NCBI GenBank assembly: GCA_040400605.1
Contig: JBBAPZ010000001.1
Location: forward strand, 83,290 to 147,289
Reading direction: 5' to 3'
Length of the DNA: 64,000 nt
Source: Candidatus Sericytochromatia bacterium
Lineage (GTDB): Bacteria > Cyanobacteriota > Sericytochromatia > S15B-MN24 > JAQBPE01
A model generated the notes under the pieces. The model was given only the letters and a program-made list of their open reading frames with translations. It had not been told where the DNA came from and did not search any database. Shown piece by piece: positions 20,843-31,421 of this stretch (its first letter is position 1; every line of letters begins with the position of its first letter). The translations under genes were made by a program, and so were the position numbers.

Positions 20843-22339
20843 TTAAAAAATTGCACCTGTGATGGCTTGCACACCAGGCCACTGCAGGCGTTCACGCAAC
20901 CAAGGCAACAATTCATTGACACTCAATCGCACCTGAGACATCGAGTCTCGCTCACGCACGGTGACACAATGGTCTACCAGTGAGTCGAAATCAAGGGTGA
21001 CGCAAAAAGGTGTCCCGATCTCGTCTTGGCGCCTGTAACGCTTGCCAATCGATTGCGTCTCATCGTACTCCACAGGCCAATGCTGAGCGAGTTGGGTATA
21101 CAAGGCCCGTGCAGGACCGGTCAACTCCGCTTTTTTACTTAACGGCAGTATGGCAACCTTATAGGGTGCCAGCATCGGATGCAGACGCAAGACCACACGC
21201 ACCTCGCCTTTGTTATCACTTTCCTCATCGTAGGCATCAACCAAGAAAGCCAGTGTAGCGCGATCCGCACCCGCCGAAGGCTCGATAACATGAGGCAACC
21301 AAGCGGCTTTGCTCTCCTCGTCAAAGTAACGCAAATCCTTACCGGACAGGTTCTGGTGCTGTTTAAGATCATAATCCGAGCGATTCGCCACCCCTTCAAG
21401 CTCAGACCAGCCAAACGGGAAGCGGTATTCAAAATCGACGCAACCCCGCGCGTAATGCGCCAATTCATCCGACGCATGCTCGCGCCGCCTGAGCGCCGTC
21501 GGCTTGATGCCAAGGTCCAGATACCACTGATACCGATAATCAAGCCAGTGTTCAAACCACTGCGACGCGTCATCCTCGCTGCAAAAATACTCGACTTCCA
21601 TCTGCTCGAATTCGCGCGTACGGAACGTAAAGTTGCCCGGCGTGATTTCGTTTCGGAACGATTTGCCGATTTGCGCAATGCCGAACGGGGGCTTTTTGCG
21701 GCTGGCAATCTGCACGTTCTTAAAATTGACAAAAATGCCCTGCGCCGTTTCGGGACGTAAGTAAACTACTGCCGCTGAATCCTCAACGGGCCCCAGAAAA
21801 GTTTTGAACATCAGGTTAAAGTTTCGTGGCTCAGTCAACTCACCCCCTGCCGGGCTTTGCATGTGTGAAAAAATCTCAACGGCACGGGCCCGGTCCTTTA
21901 ACAAGGCTTCAATCGGTTGGTCATTCAAACCCTCGACGAAAGCGCTTGCCCAGGATTCGGACCCCTTGCGAACCAACACTGAGCGCCCGTTAGCCTGAAT
22001 ATCGCGCACCATCTGTTCTACCAGGTGATCGGCTCTGTAACGCTGCTTAGTTGCCTTGCAATCCACCAAAGGATCGTGAAAGGTATCAATATGGCCGGAT
22101 GCCCGCCACGCATCAGGATGCATCAGGATCGCCGCATCCATCGCCACCATGTCATTCCTGCACTGGACCACGGAACGCAGCCACGCCTGTTTGACGTTGT
22201 TCTTGAGCAAAACGCCCAACGGACCATAATCCCACGTGCTGCCAAGCCCGCCGTAGATTTCACTGCTTGGAAAAACAAAGCCTCTTCGCTTTGCCAGCGA
22301 AACCACTTTTTCCATTACATCCGTGGCAACTTGCGTCAT
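20843..22339 (-). CDS. glyQS: Glycine--tRNA ligase, alpha2 (homodimeric) type
   Basis: [44 protein letters not shown] and [15 protein letters not shown]. Confidence 0.97.
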   Translation of the reverse strand: MTQVATDVMEKVVSLAKRRGFVFPSSEIYGGLGSTWDYGPLGVLLKNNVKQAWLRSVVQCRNDMVAMDAAILMHPDAWRASGHIDTFHDPLVDCKATKQRYRADHLVEQMVRDIQANGRSVLVRKGSESWASAFVEGLNDQPIEALLKDRARAVEIFSHMQSPAGGELTEPRNFNLMFKTFLGPVEDSAAVVYLRPETAQGIFVNFKNVQIASRKKPPFGIAQIGKSFRNEITPGNFTFRTREFEQMEVEYFCSEDDASQWFEHWLDYRYQWYLDLGIKPTALRRREHASDELAHYARGCVDFEYRFPFGWSELEGVANRSDYDLKQHQNLSGKDLRYFDEESKAAWLPHVIEPSAGADRATLAFLVDAYDEESDNKGEVRVVLRLHPMLAPYKVAILPLSKKAELTGPARALYTQLAQHWPVEYDETQSIGKRYRRQDEIGTPFCVTLDFDSLVDHCVTVRERDSMSQVRLSVNELLPWLRERLQWPGVQAITGAIF

Positions 22340-22368
22340 GTGTTATTCCTTTAACGTTAAACGAACCT

Positions 22369-22396
22369 GCCTGTCGATTATAGGTAATCGACAGGC
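22369..22396 (-). terminator. 12-bp perfect stem-loop downstream of pilQ
   Basis: GCCTGTCGATTA-TAGG-TAATCGACAGGC; U-tract is weak. Confidence 0.5.
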
Positions 22397-22430
22397 CGAC
22401 GCCAAGTGCATCAAGTTCCAATTCGCCCGG

Positions 22431-23807
22431 TCAGTCCGTCGGCTTTTCGCCGGAGGTAATGTGCGGTGTGACCATGATGATTACTTCGGTCTCATCGTTA
22501 CTAACACTCTCCTGTTTGAAGAGAAAGTTCAAGATGGGAATGTCACCCAAAAGCGGCATCTTGTTAGTCGTGCTGCTGTTGTTGCGCCGGATCAGGCCAC
22601 CAATCACGACGGTCTCGCCGTCAGCGACGCGCATCTTGGTTTTCAATGTGCGCTCGTTGATCTCCGGTACCGGGTTTCGGTTAACAATGACGTCTTTGCC
22701 ACGGACACTGATCGTGGGCTCTATCGCCATCGTCACAAAGCCATTGACATCAATGCGCGGTGTAATTTCAAGCGTCTCGCCAATATTTTGAAACGTTACC
22801 GTCTCCGTTGCGATTGCGGCACCTTGTCCACCTGTGATATTGACCGATATGACCGGAAACTTGTTAACGATGGCAATTCTTGCCGTGTGACTGTCTTGAG
22901 TGGCCACACGCGGATTGGCCAAGACCTGCGCCTCACCACGCTGGACAAGGGCGTTGACTCTCGCGTTGAGGTTTGACGTGATGTTCCCCATCGCGGAAAA
23001 GGTTATCGCAGTTGCGCCGCCACCAGACGGCGGGTTGCCGGCTGTTGGTTGTCCGTTCGCAGTAACGGATGGATCCGTCAAATTGTTTGCCACGCCGAAT
23101 TTACTACCACCAAATCCAAACTCACTGCCCAAACGCTGTGCAGCACTTCTGGAAACCTCGACCAATCTTACTTCGATCACCACCTGCGGTGCAGCCACAT
23201 CGATCGCTTTGATGGCATTCTTCACCCGATTGATGTCTTCCCCCGTTCCAACAACAAAAATTGAGTTGGTGCGCTCATCAGAAGCCAAACGGAAAGCGCC
23301 TTGCCCCGCCCCGGCAGCCCCCGGTGGCGCAGCAACGCTCGTCAGCAGTTTCAGTGCATCGGCAGCCGTGGAATTGTTCAACCGAAAGGACGCCGCCTGC
23401 TGCAAATCAACTTTCTTGCTCAACACATCTTCTTTACCAATCAACAGAGACGTTCCCACGCGTCGCGCCGCCAAGCCATTTGTGCGCAACACAATGCCGA
23501 AAAATTCATCAAGCGGCACAGCACGCACATCGATTGAGAAGCGTCCTGTGACGGATTCGTCAATGACCAGATTCATCCCCCCCCGCTGGGCGATCACGCG
23601 CAACACTTCGCGGATGTCTGCGTTATCGAATTTGAGGGTCACAAAAGAGGGGTTCTTGATCAAAGTCGGGACTTGCTTGAAATTGATCACCTGATCACGC
23701 ACCACACTGTTATTAATTGATTCTGCGGCATCTGAGCGCTGCGCCCCCAAACCGGCCACACTGACGCACACCAGTGCCGCCAGGCTTGCATACAACCGAT
23801 GCCGCAT
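22431..23807 (-). CDS. pilQ: Type IV pilus secretin (short; no AMIN domain evident)
   Basis: Signal peptide, N0 (FDNADIREVL), N3 (DERTNSI), QVVIEVRLVE, LEITPRI, DGETVVIGGL and PLLGDIP. Confidence 0.92.
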   Translation of the reverse strand: MRHRLYASLAALVCVSVAGLGAQRSDAAESINNSVVRDQVINFKQVPTLIKNPSFVTLKFDNADIREVLRVIAQRGGMNLVIDESVTGRFSIDVRAVPLDEFFGIVLRTNGLAARRVGTSLLIGKEDVLSKKVDLQQAASFRLNNSTAADALKLLTSVAAPPGAAGAGQGAFRLASDERTNSIFVVGTGEDINRVKNAIKAIDVAAPQVVIEVRLVEVSRSAAQRLGSEFGFGGSKFGVANNLTDPSVTANGQPTAGNPPSGGGATAITFSAMGNITSNLNARVNALVQRGEAQVLANPRVATQDSHTARIAIVNKFPVISVNITGGQGAAIATETVTFQNIGETLEITPRIDVNGFVTMAIEPTISVRGKDVIVNRNPVPEINERTLKTKMRVADGETVVIGGLIRRNNSSTTNKMPLLGDIPILNFLFKQESVSNDETEVIIMVTPHITSGEKPTD

Positions 23808-24487
23808 CACAAAATACCTCCAATAAGCTTGACATACCGTCGCTGATTCCGTATGAAGGTCACGCCCCGGCTAGAAATCGATTCGACACGACTGCCATCT
23901 TCCAGGCGATCGCCCACACGCGCCGTGATGCTTTCATCACGACCCTCCAGCATGCATATCCGCTCCGAACCCGTGCTCATCACGCCCCGCACCAACCATT
24001 GTGGTTCAGACTCACCGGGCGGCTTGTCACCGGCAAACGGTATCGGTGTTTTCGTCAGTTGTGGTGTGGGCACCGCGTACGGGTCCAAAACCGGTCGTAC
24101 CGTTGGAACCGGAACCGGCGGTGCCACCGCCTTGATTAAACCAGGCGGGAGCTTGATCGATTGCTTCGCAGACTCGGGTGGAATGATTTCGGTGGCACTC
24201 GGGGGCATCAATGACACAAAGGGATCCACGCGACCAGACACCTCGACAGCCTTTGAACCCAACTCTCCCAGCGTGATAGCCCGAAAACCCGATATTTTGG
24301 CCTTGGCCGACGAAAATTCAGCCGAACCAGCCTGAATCGCCACCTTGGTGCCAATTGCAGCCGGTGGGGGCGGTACCCGCGGCGCCGCCACACCCACTTC
24401 CACCATGGACAGGTTCCGGGCAAGCAACAAGGCCCCCAGTCCTGTTGAAGTCAATGCGGGTACAATCAACGCTTGCGAAAAATTCAT
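23807..24487 (-). CDS. PilP-position Pro-rich protein with C-terminal beta domain
   Basis: Lies between pilO and pilQ; RVDPF motif and RVGDRLEDGSRVESISSRGV resemble PilP/GspC-HR. Confidence 0.65.
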   Translation of the reverse strand: MNFSQALIVPALTSTGLGALLLARNLSMVEVGVAAPRVPPPPAAIGTKVAIQAGSAEFSSAKAKISGFRAITLGELGSKAVEVSGRVDPFVSLMPPSATEIIPPESAKQSIKLPPGLIKAVAPPVPVPTVRPVLDPYAVPTPQLTKTPIPFAGDKPPGESEPQWLVRGVMSTGSERICMLEGRDESITARVGDRLEDGSRVESISSRGVTFIRNQRRYVKLIGGIL

Positions 24488-25260
24488 TGGACCACCTCAC
24501 CCTGCTTCAACACGAAGGCTGAAACCGTGAATTCCACCTTCAAAGAGTTTCGGTACGGTTGACCCAATACCGAACCTTGAACACCTGCCAAACCAGCGAG
24601 CGGGGCACCGCCACCCAACTGCTGGTCAAGACTGTTGACTACCTTGAAAAGATCAGTCAACGCACGCCTCGAACGTATCTTTGGCACGTCCTTCCGCGCG
24701 ATCGTCACCCCACTCACCGTCAGCTTGCGCTCATACTTGTTGATCTGATTGAAGAAGTTGATCAACTGCGGGTAGGTGCTGAATGCAGATACCTTGATCG
24801 GAACCTCAAAAATATCACCTGAACTTTGGGTAACACCGCCGGCTGCAGCATCTCCCTCTGCGGCGCCTTGTGTCGGGGCGGCGTAAGCCCTGACCTCCGT
24901 CGGCTCAAAGGTCTCTACCTCGCTGCCAGAAGCCTTCGCCATCCGCTCGATGTCGTATAACAACACCGCAATCTGCGCCTCTGCGGGGATTCGTGAACGC
25001 AGCAGGGTAATTCTCTTTTGATAACCCGCAATCTCCGCCTTGATGACGTCAAACTGTTTCGCCCGCTCCATCAAGTTTTGGACCTGACCCTTTTTCTCTT
25101 CAACCTCAGCTTCCATCGCAATGGCGGCATCTCGACGCGCCACCAGACTACTTTCGGAAAAGTAACCCGCCCACGCCACGTAAAGCGCAGCGAACGCAGG
25201 CATCGCCAAAGCGACTGCGATGGTTGGAACTTCGTTGCCTCCAATGTTCAGGGTACTCAT
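24484..25260 (-). CDS. pilO: Type IV pilus alignment protein PilO
   Basis: TM helix + coiled coil, RIPAEAQIAVLLYDI and YPQLINFF; synteny. Confidence 0.85.
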   Translation of the reverse strand: MSTLNIGGNEVPTIAVALAMPAFAALYVAWAGYFSESSLVARRDAAIAMEAEVEEKKGQVQNLMERAKQFDVIKAEIAGYQKRITLLRSRIPAEAQIAVLLYDIERMAKASGSEVETFEPTEVRAYAAPTQGAAEGDAAAGGVTQSSGDIFEVPIKVSAFSTYPQLINFFNQINKYERKLTVSGVTIARKDVPKIRSRRALTDLFKVVNSLDQQLGGGAPLAGLAGVQGSVLGQPYRNSLKVEFTVSAFVLKQGEVVQ

Positions 25261-25268
25261 CCGTTCCT

Positions 25269-25850
25269 CTACGACTTCTTTTGTTGCGTGCGCATGCGCG
25301 CCGTCATTTCAAAACTCACTATACCGTCCGTATTCCTGGTGTTTTTCAAGACCGGGGATTCAAAATGCGAAGAGGCATCAAGGTTGCGTTGCAAATAGGC
25401 GACGGCTTCAAAGTCCAGTGCCAGGCCACTGATGGCAATGTCACCCGCAGGGTCGCTGACCTTAAAGCCCGAATACCACAAATTGGCGGGCGTCAGGTTT
25501 CGCAACTCATTCAGGCGATCGCCCCACGACGGCGTCACACCGGCCACAGACTGCAAACTGTTGTACTGAAGCGCGAGCGTCTCTTTCTGTTTGCCGATTC
25601 GCTCAAGCTCACTCAAGGTCCCCTCAAACTTTTGAATTTCGGCTTCAACGTCCGTCTTGGCCTGTAACGTACGCGCCTCCCACCCATCCAGATAAAACAG
25701 ACTGATCGCGGTTGGAATCAACGCAATCACGATTGCAGCAAGCAACCCCGCTCCCAAAGGGACAATTGCATCCGGATCGAGACCGCCGCCGCCACCTGTT
25801 TTTTGCCCCCGCAGTTCGTCCGGCAAAAGGTTGATGTTAATCATGGTCAT
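25269..25850 (-). CDS. pilN: Type IV pilus alignment protein PilN
   Basis: N-terminal INLLP (PilM-binding) motif, TM helix, coiled coil and PANLW. Confidence 0.92.
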   Translation of the reverse strand: MTMININLLPDELRGQKTGGGGGLDPDAIVPLGAGLLAAIVIALIPTAISLFYLDGWEARTLQAKTDVEAEIQKFEGTLSELERIGKQKETLALQYNSLQSVAGVTPSWGDRLNELRNLTPANLWYSGFKVSDPAGDIAISGLALDFEAVAYLQRNLDASSHFESPVLKNTRNTDGIVSFEMTARMRTQQKKS

Positions 25851-26944
25851 GTGCCAGCCAACCCCCTCATGGACAAACCAATCGCCGTTACATAGGCCGG
25901 CGCCTGCGCTTCATCCACAGCCTCATCGGCAAAGTCAACGGCCGTCAACGGATTGGCAACAACCACTTCAATGCCGAGTCGACTCGCCAAAAAACGGTCA
26001 ATACCCTTCAGTGTGGCACCCCTGCCGCAAATCATAATACGATCGATCGCACCCCCACCCTGATTCATATAAAACTCTAAAGATCGGCTGATCTCGCCCG
26101 TCAACTCCGACAAAGCCGGCCGCACAATTTCAGTCGCTTGTTCCACATGCGGGGGCAGCTCATCATAGCCCTGCGGCTCCATATCAATCTGGTCCCACAA
26201 CTCCCGCGCAGCATCCTCATCAATTCCGAGCGAACTGATCAAGTTATCCAACATGTAGCCACTGCCAATCAACACGCTGCGATTAAACCTCGGCGCCCCC
26301 CCGGAAATCACCATAATATCGGTCGCCGGTCCCTGAACCAACAACACCGCCACACTCTGGGTATCATCGATGTAGTTCATGTTCTCGAGTGCACGCATCA
26401 CCGCAAACGATGAAACATCGACGCAGTTCAGGCTCAAACTCGCTTCTTGTGCTGCGTTCAGGTACGAATCCACCAAATGTTTTTGAACGGCCACCAGCAA
26501 CACATCCAGCTGCGGGTTTCCACCATCGTCCGTGCTGTTGCCAACAATCTGCGAACTGATGTTCACATCATCCGGAGAGAACGGGATATAACGCTCCGCC
26601 TCCGTCAATAAAAACGTTTCGAGTTCGTCTGTCTCCATCAATTCCGTGTTAATGAGGCGGATGATGACACTCTGTCCGCCAATGGATACAACTGCACGAT
26701 TTGAGGTAATACCATTATCCTCCAAAATGCCTCGAATCACTTCGCCAACCCCTGCGGGATCGGTAATCTCCCCATCTTGAAATGCGTCAGGCGGCATGGG
26801 CCCCCACGCCAGTTTTTCAACGACATAGCCCTGTTTGGTTTGCCCAACCAATGCCACCAAAATGGCATCCGTCCCGATATCAAGACCGATAATGCCCTTC
26901 CGTTTCGGCAAGAGCTTTGCTTTGAGCGTATCTAAAAATCCCAC
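25847..26944 (-). CDS. pilM: Type IV pilus actin-like protein PilM
   Basis: IGLDIG, EAERYIPF, EISRSLEFY, CGRGA and AIGL motifs. Confidence 0.95.
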   Translation of the reverse strand: MGFLDTLKAKLLPKRKGIIGLDIGTDAILVALVGQTKQGYVVEKLAWGPMPPDAFQDGEITDPAGVGEVIRGILEDNGITSNRAVVSIGGQSVIIRLINTELMETDELETFLLTEAERYIPFSPDDVNISSQIVGNSTDDGGNPQLDVLLVAVQKHLVDSYLNAAQEASLSLNCVDVSSFAVMRALENMNYIDDTQSVAVLLVQGPATDIMVISGGAPRFNRSVLIGSGYMLDNLISSLGIDEDAARELWDQIDMEPQGYDELPPHVEQATEIVRPALSELTGEISRSLEFYMNQGGGAIDRIMICGRGATLKGIDRFLASRLGIEVVVANPLTAVDFADEAVDEAQAPAYVTAIGLSMRGLAGT

Positions 26945-26966
26945 ACCAAGTACCCCGTTGCCCCAA

Positions 26967-27974
26967 TCACTGTATCGAATACAAATTACTGATCAAGCGC
27001 GTGACATCCTGTCCGTAAAATAACGCTCCCACGCCACCCAATACCAATGACGGCCCAAACGGCATCTCCAGAAAATCATCATCGCGTGCATACTTCATCA
27101 TCAGCCAACCCGCACACGCACCGAGAAATACCGAGAACACCCCAAGACTCACCTGCGTCATCGAACCAGAACCCCAAAGACCTCCAGCCGATAACCCGCG
27201 TGCTTCCTTCCAATACATAACCACAGGCCACGACGCCACGTAAGTGACAATGCCCACCAACGATGCACATAAAAAAGGTTGCCACACCCGCGCTTGGTAC
27301 CATTTGAAAAACAGCAGTGCCAAGCCGATCACAGCACCTGCCAGGACCGCCAAAACCAATGCCACACCCGTCGCACCCAGACCTAACCAGGTTCCGAGCA
27401 TCGCAATCAACAGAAAGTCTCCTTCGCCGATGCCGTCACGACCAATCAACAACAACGTGACGGAATTAATGAAAATCAAAATGCTGGCACCCGCGAGCGC
27501 TCCGGCTACCGCCAGTAAAAAGTTATGGTTGACGATCGCGCTGTAAATCAGTCCGAGGGCGATGCCAGGAATCATCATTTCATCCAAAATGACCATGTGA
27601 TCGATATCAATCCAAAATGTCACAATCAGCAACGCCATCAGCACGCATAAAAAAATTAATTGAGTACCCATCCCAAAGTGCCAATAAACCAACAAAAACA
27701 AAACGGACGTCGCCACCTCATTCAGCGGGTAGCGCCAGGAGATGGGCATGGCACAGCTCCGGCAGCGCCCTTTTTGCAACACAAAACTCAACACGGGGAT
27801 ATTCTCCAACGCACCCAGCGCATTGCCGCAGCCGGGACAGCGTGAGCCCGGCCACACAACAGACTGTTCTCTGGGCCGCCTGTAAATCACCACGTTCAAA
27901 AAACTGCCAACCAACAAGCCGACCGTGACAATCAAGACGGGCCCAACCCAGGCATCCAACACCTCAATTGACAT
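26967..27974 (-). CDS. pilD: Prepilin peptidase/N-methyltransferase
   Basis: GSFLNVVIYR, CPGC...CRSC, NIPVLS, DID, GIGEGD and PFGP. Confidence 0.96.
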   Translation of the reverse strand: MSIEVLDAWVGPVLIVTVGLLVGSFLNVVIYRRPREQSVVWPGSRCPGCGNALGALENIPVLSFVLQKGRCRSCAMPISWRYPLNEVATSVLFLLVYWHFGMGTQLIFLCVLMALLIVTFWIDIDHMVILDEMMIPGIALGLIYSAIVNHNFLLAVAGALAGASILIFINSVTLLLIGRDGIGEGDFLLIAMLGTWLGLGATGVALVLAVLAGAVIGLALLFFKWYQARVWQPFLCASLVGIVTYVASWPVVMYWKEARGLSAGGLWGSGSMTQVSLGVFSVFLGACAGWLMMKYARDDDFLEMPFGPSLVLGGVGALFYGQDVTRLISNLYSIQ

Positions 27975-28320
27975 TCACCCCATCCTTTACGCAACGACTG
28001 ACTAAAGCGCGCCCGAGCGGCTTTGGCCCGTCATCATGCACATACCCGACACAGGGAGCATCCAACTGTAAAGAATCTTGATCTTTTATGAACGTCCGCT
28101 TGGTTTGCTTCGGTTAACGTCCATAACTCAAGGCAGCGACTCAAGGTGTTTCAATCGCACAAAGTGGCGAGTTCATTAACGTGCCTTCTGGTATTCGAAT
28201 AGCCGAAAACGAGAATACCAAACGGTGACGCAAGGGTTGCTGGCCAAAGGACTAAGCAGTTCCAAATTTTCGACAAATTGAAGAATTGTTTTCAACAACA
28301 GCCAGTTATCTGAGGTCCAA

Positions 28321-29055
28321 TCACTGCTTGTCCATATCGGCCCGCGCCGATACGTCTCGAGGCTTCTTTCGAAATGCCGGTTTTCGCAAACCTGCCATTT
28401 CTTGTTGAATCCGGGTCACGTTGCGCTTGGCGATCGCAATCAAACTCTTATCACCTTCCGCCTCCGCACCTTTCAGGACACTTTGCCACATGCCAAGCGC
28501 CAGCGCATCTTGACCCTCCGTCTGATACATCCGCGCCGCCATCGTTCTGGCAAAGCGCGATGCATTGGGCTTCTTCGCACTGCGCTCAAAACAATTCGCA
28601 GCAGCTTGATGGTCTTTGGCAAAGGCAAAATTTACAAAACCGGCCAGGTAAGGGTAATTGTAATCATCGGGATTGTTCTGCTCTCCCCACCTTAGCATGG
28701 TGATTGCCGCATCCGGTTCGTGGCTGTCACCCAACGCAAACGCGCCAAGCCAATAAGCAAACCAGAAGTGACTATCCAACCGGGTGATCAGTCGAAAGGC
28801 TGCCGGCAGGTTCATAAACTTATGATCGTCGCTGACCACCCGGTCACCGTAGTACTGCAACAGGCCGAGCCACAAACCATCCGCGATCAAATTATCAAAG
28901 CCCGACGCTGCTTCAGTTACCAATTTCTCAGGCGGTACGAATAAGATGTTGTACTCAACCGAAGGTTCCGGCAAAGACTCGATGCGCCAGTTCGACGCAG
29001 CAGCAAGACCTGCAGCCAAAACGCCAGCAACGACCCACTTGACGACGCTCGCCAT
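28321..29055 (-). CDS. TPR-like membrane-anchored protein (PilG-like partner of PilHI)
   Basis: N-terminal anchor, ADGLW...QYYG, LDSHFWFAY and helical repeats; follows the pilH/pilI-like genes. Confidence 0.65.
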   Translation of the reverse strand: MASVVKWVVAGVLAAGLAAASNWRIESLPEPSVEYNILFVPPEKLVTEAASGFDNLIADGLWLGLLQYYGDRVVSDDHKFMNLPAAFRLITRLDSHFWFAYWLGAFALGDSHEPDAAITMLRWGEQNNPDDYNYPYLAGFVNFAFAKDHQAAANCFERSAKKPNASRFARTMAARMYQTEGQDALALGMWQSVLKGAEAEGDKSLIAIAKRNVTRIQQEMAGLRKPAFRKKPRDVSARADMDKQ

Positions 29056-29058
29056 AAC

Positions 29059-29823
29059 CTAGAACTCTCGTTTGTGAAAAATCACGGCGGCCACACAAAA
29101 CAGCCCAAGGCTATACACCAGGCTGTAGGCGATCGCCAGACCCACCTGCTCAAACCCGGCGGTGTACCCGTACACGACACGGTTCTTGATGTCAAAATGC
29201 GTCAAATTCGGTAACACGACATAGTAGGCACCCAACAGCAACTCCCGCAAACCAGGGGCCGCCTTCTGTGCCAAAAGCTTGAAAGTCTGCGCGTTGTGCC
29301 CGTAAAAATACATGGCAAACGCGTACAACATACTCAGTACCGGCGAACTGAAAGTCGAGAACAACAAGGTCATGGTCGTCAGTACGATCAATTCCAACCA
29401 CGAGAACATGATGGCCTGAAACAGACCCACCTCAACGGGTACTCCCAAGAAAACAAGCAAACCTAAATACGCCAAACCCATCAAAATGGTCAGCATGGTC
29501 AAGGTGGTCATCAAACCAAGTAACTTGCCAACCAGGAATCGGGCGCGATTGACCGGCTTGGTCAACACAACAAAAACCGTGCGCTTGTCCAGCTCCTTGT
29601 GCACCAAACTGGTGCCCACAAAAATTGCGATGACCACCCCGAAAAAACTCACCGACGCTAGCCCGAGGTCCTTGATAATCTTGATATCCTGCCCCGCTGA
29701 TAACTGCCCCAACAAGATCGAAGCAACAATCAACAGTACGGCAAACACAAGAATCGCATTCAAGATGCGATCACGAATTGTTTCAAGAAAAGTATTGCGC
29801 GCAATCGCAACAATCTGATTCAT
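29059..29823 (-). CDS. ABC transporter permease, PilI-like
   Basis: IARNTFLETIRDR, KELDKRT...LTKPV..RFLVGK and C-terminal KREF; about six TM helices. Confidence 0.85.
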   Translation of the reverse strand: MNQIVAIARNTFLETIRDRILNAILVFAVLLIVASILLGQLSAGQDIKIIKDLGLASVSFFGVVIAIFVGTSLVHKELDKRTVFVVLTKPVNRARFLVGKLLGLMTTLTMLTILMGLAYLGLLVFLGVPVEVGLFQAIMFSWLELIVLTTMTLLFSTFSSPVLSMLYAFAMYFYGHNAQTFKLLAQKAAPGLRELLLGAYYVVLPNLTHFDIKNRVVYGYTAGFEQVGLAIAYSLVYSLGLFCVAAVIFHKREF

Positions 29824-30575
29824 CGGCCAATCGCCTCCGCCTCTTCGATGGTGCGCACAAACACATCCTCCAACGATTCGCGTCCATCACCGGTCAACGC
29901 ACCCACCGTACCCGACGCCACCAAACGCCCCTTGTGCAAAATCGCCACCTGGTCGCACAACTCCTCGACATCAACCATGATGTGCGAGTTAAAAAACAGG
30001 GTCTTACCCTCTGCTTTCAGCGTTTTGATGATCCGCCCGATCTGCTTGTGGCCAAGGGGATCCAAACCACTGGTTGGCTCATCCAAGAAAATCAGTTCCG
30101 GGTCGTTGATCAACGCCTGCGCAATGCCGATGCGCTGCAACATGCCCTTCGAATAACGCCGCAATTGCGTCTCGGCCGCACTGCTCATCCCGACCAGCAT
30201 CAATAACTCATCGATTCGCTGATGCTTGGCAGCCCCGCGCATATCAAACAACGCCGCACAAAACTCCAAAAACTCGCGCCCGGTCAGGTAAGTATAAAAA
30301 TACGGGTTTTCAGGCAAAAAACCAACCCGCGCACGCACCTCGGGATCATCAGGTTCCCCGCCCAAAACCCGCACAGACCCTGAGCTTGGCCGCAACAAAC
30401 CCAAGAACAGCTTTTGCGAAGTCGTTTTTCCCGCACCATTTGGTCCCAAAAGACCAAAGGTCTCGCCCCGCCGCACCTTGAAGCTCACGTTGTCCAACGT
30501 GGTCACCCGCTTGCGCGGAAAACTGGTGTAGACCTTTGTCAATCCAACCGCTTCTACTATCCAATCATCCATCAT
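29820..30575 (-). CDS. ABC transporter ATPase, PilH-like
   Basis: GPNGAGKTT, GFLPENPYFY, YSKGMLQR and LDEPTSGLDP; directly downstream of the pilin. Confidence 0.9.
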   Translation of the reverse strand: MMDDWIVEAVGLTKVYTSFPRKRVTTLDNVSFKVRRGETFGLLGPNGAGKTTSQKLFLGLLRPSSGSVRVLGGEPDDPEVRARVGFLPENPYFYTYLTGREFLEFCAALFDMRGAAKHQRIDELLMLVGMSSAAETQLRRYSKGMLQRIGIAQALINDPELIFLDEPTSGLDPLGHKQIGRIIKTLKAEGKTLFFNSHIMVDVEELCDQVAILHKGRLVASGTVGALTGDGRESLEDVFVRTIEEAEAIGR

Positions 30576-30584
30576 CGTTATCCC

Positions 30585-30626
30585 AAAAAAAACCTGGAGC
30601 GTGCCACAAAACTGAGGCTCGCTCCA
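30585..30626 (-). terminator. Intrinsic terminator after the pilin gene
   Basis: Minus strand reads TGGAGCGAGCC...GGCACGCTCCA followed by GG and T8. Confidence 0.7.
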
Positions 30627-30681
30627 AATGAATTACAACAACCAGAAAAGACTTTTCAAGTCACCAAACCTCACGCCGAGA

Positions 30682-31308
30682 TTAGCCGCCATTCGAGGCT
30701 TTGGCCGCCTGTACAGCATCACGGTTACGCTTGCCAGTGCCGTACAACACATAAGTCTGGGCATTGACATCGTAATCATACATCATGGCACCAAAGTGCA
30801 AGGACGCCGTTGGACGCTGGGCAGGCCCAACACCAGGAGGCACCAAACCTGCATTCGCGGCGCCAAAACGCGTGTTATCCGGAGCAAAACTCGCGCCTGT
30901 CGCAATCTGGTTGGCAGCTACCATCGGCGCAGCTGTTGCAATGGTTACCTGTTGCTCACCCCCACCCCACGGTGCCTTCGGGAGTCGATTGCCTGGCAGA
31001 TAATTGTTTTGACGGATACCGTTTGTACTGGTTGCTGCAGCCCAGACGCTTTGTGCAGGCGGGAAGTTTCCGTTGTTGTCAACAGCGAACTGCTCAAGTG
31101 CCATTTTTACCGTACCGATATTCGCGACCACCGACGCATTACGGGCCTTGTCCTGCGCGCCGATAAACGACGGCAACGCAATCGAAGCCAGAATGCCGAT
31201 GATCACAACGACGACCAGCAACTCAATCAAGGTAAATCCCTTACGAGACTGCTTGGCCAATCGGCGGATCATGCTTTGCGCCAAAACGACGCGGGTTGTT
31301 TCTAACAT
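30682..31308 (-). CDS. pilA: Type IV pilin (probable major pilin)
   Basis: KG|FTLIELLVVVVIIGILASIALP N-methylation motif; AAAGGAG RBS before the ATG at 31308; own terminator. Confidence 0.9.
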   Translation of the reverse strand: MLETTRVVLAQSMIRRLAKQSRKGFTLIELLVVVVIIGILASIALPSFIGAQDKARNASVVANIGTVKMALEQFAVDNNGNFPPAQSVWAAATSTNGIRQNNYLPGNRLPKAPWGGGEQQVTIATAAPMVAANQIATGASFAPDNTRFGAANAGLVPPGVGPAQRPTASLHFGAMMYDYDVNAQTYVLYGTGKRNRDAVQAAKASNGG

Positions 31309-31421
31309 TTTGGATAGAACTCCTTTCGCTTGCTCTCCAAAAACCATCTGTTGTTAGTTTCCCAGATACTGCACCATTTTAAACAGAAAAAATTGAATAC
31401 TTTGTGATTGGCTGCCGCTCA

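Noticed and set aside
28200..28265. GACGCAA-containing segment resembling a c-di-GMP-I riboswitch upstream of pilD
   Set aside because: Wrong strand relative to pilD, and the GYAAAC/GNRA P2 element and P1 pairing are missing.
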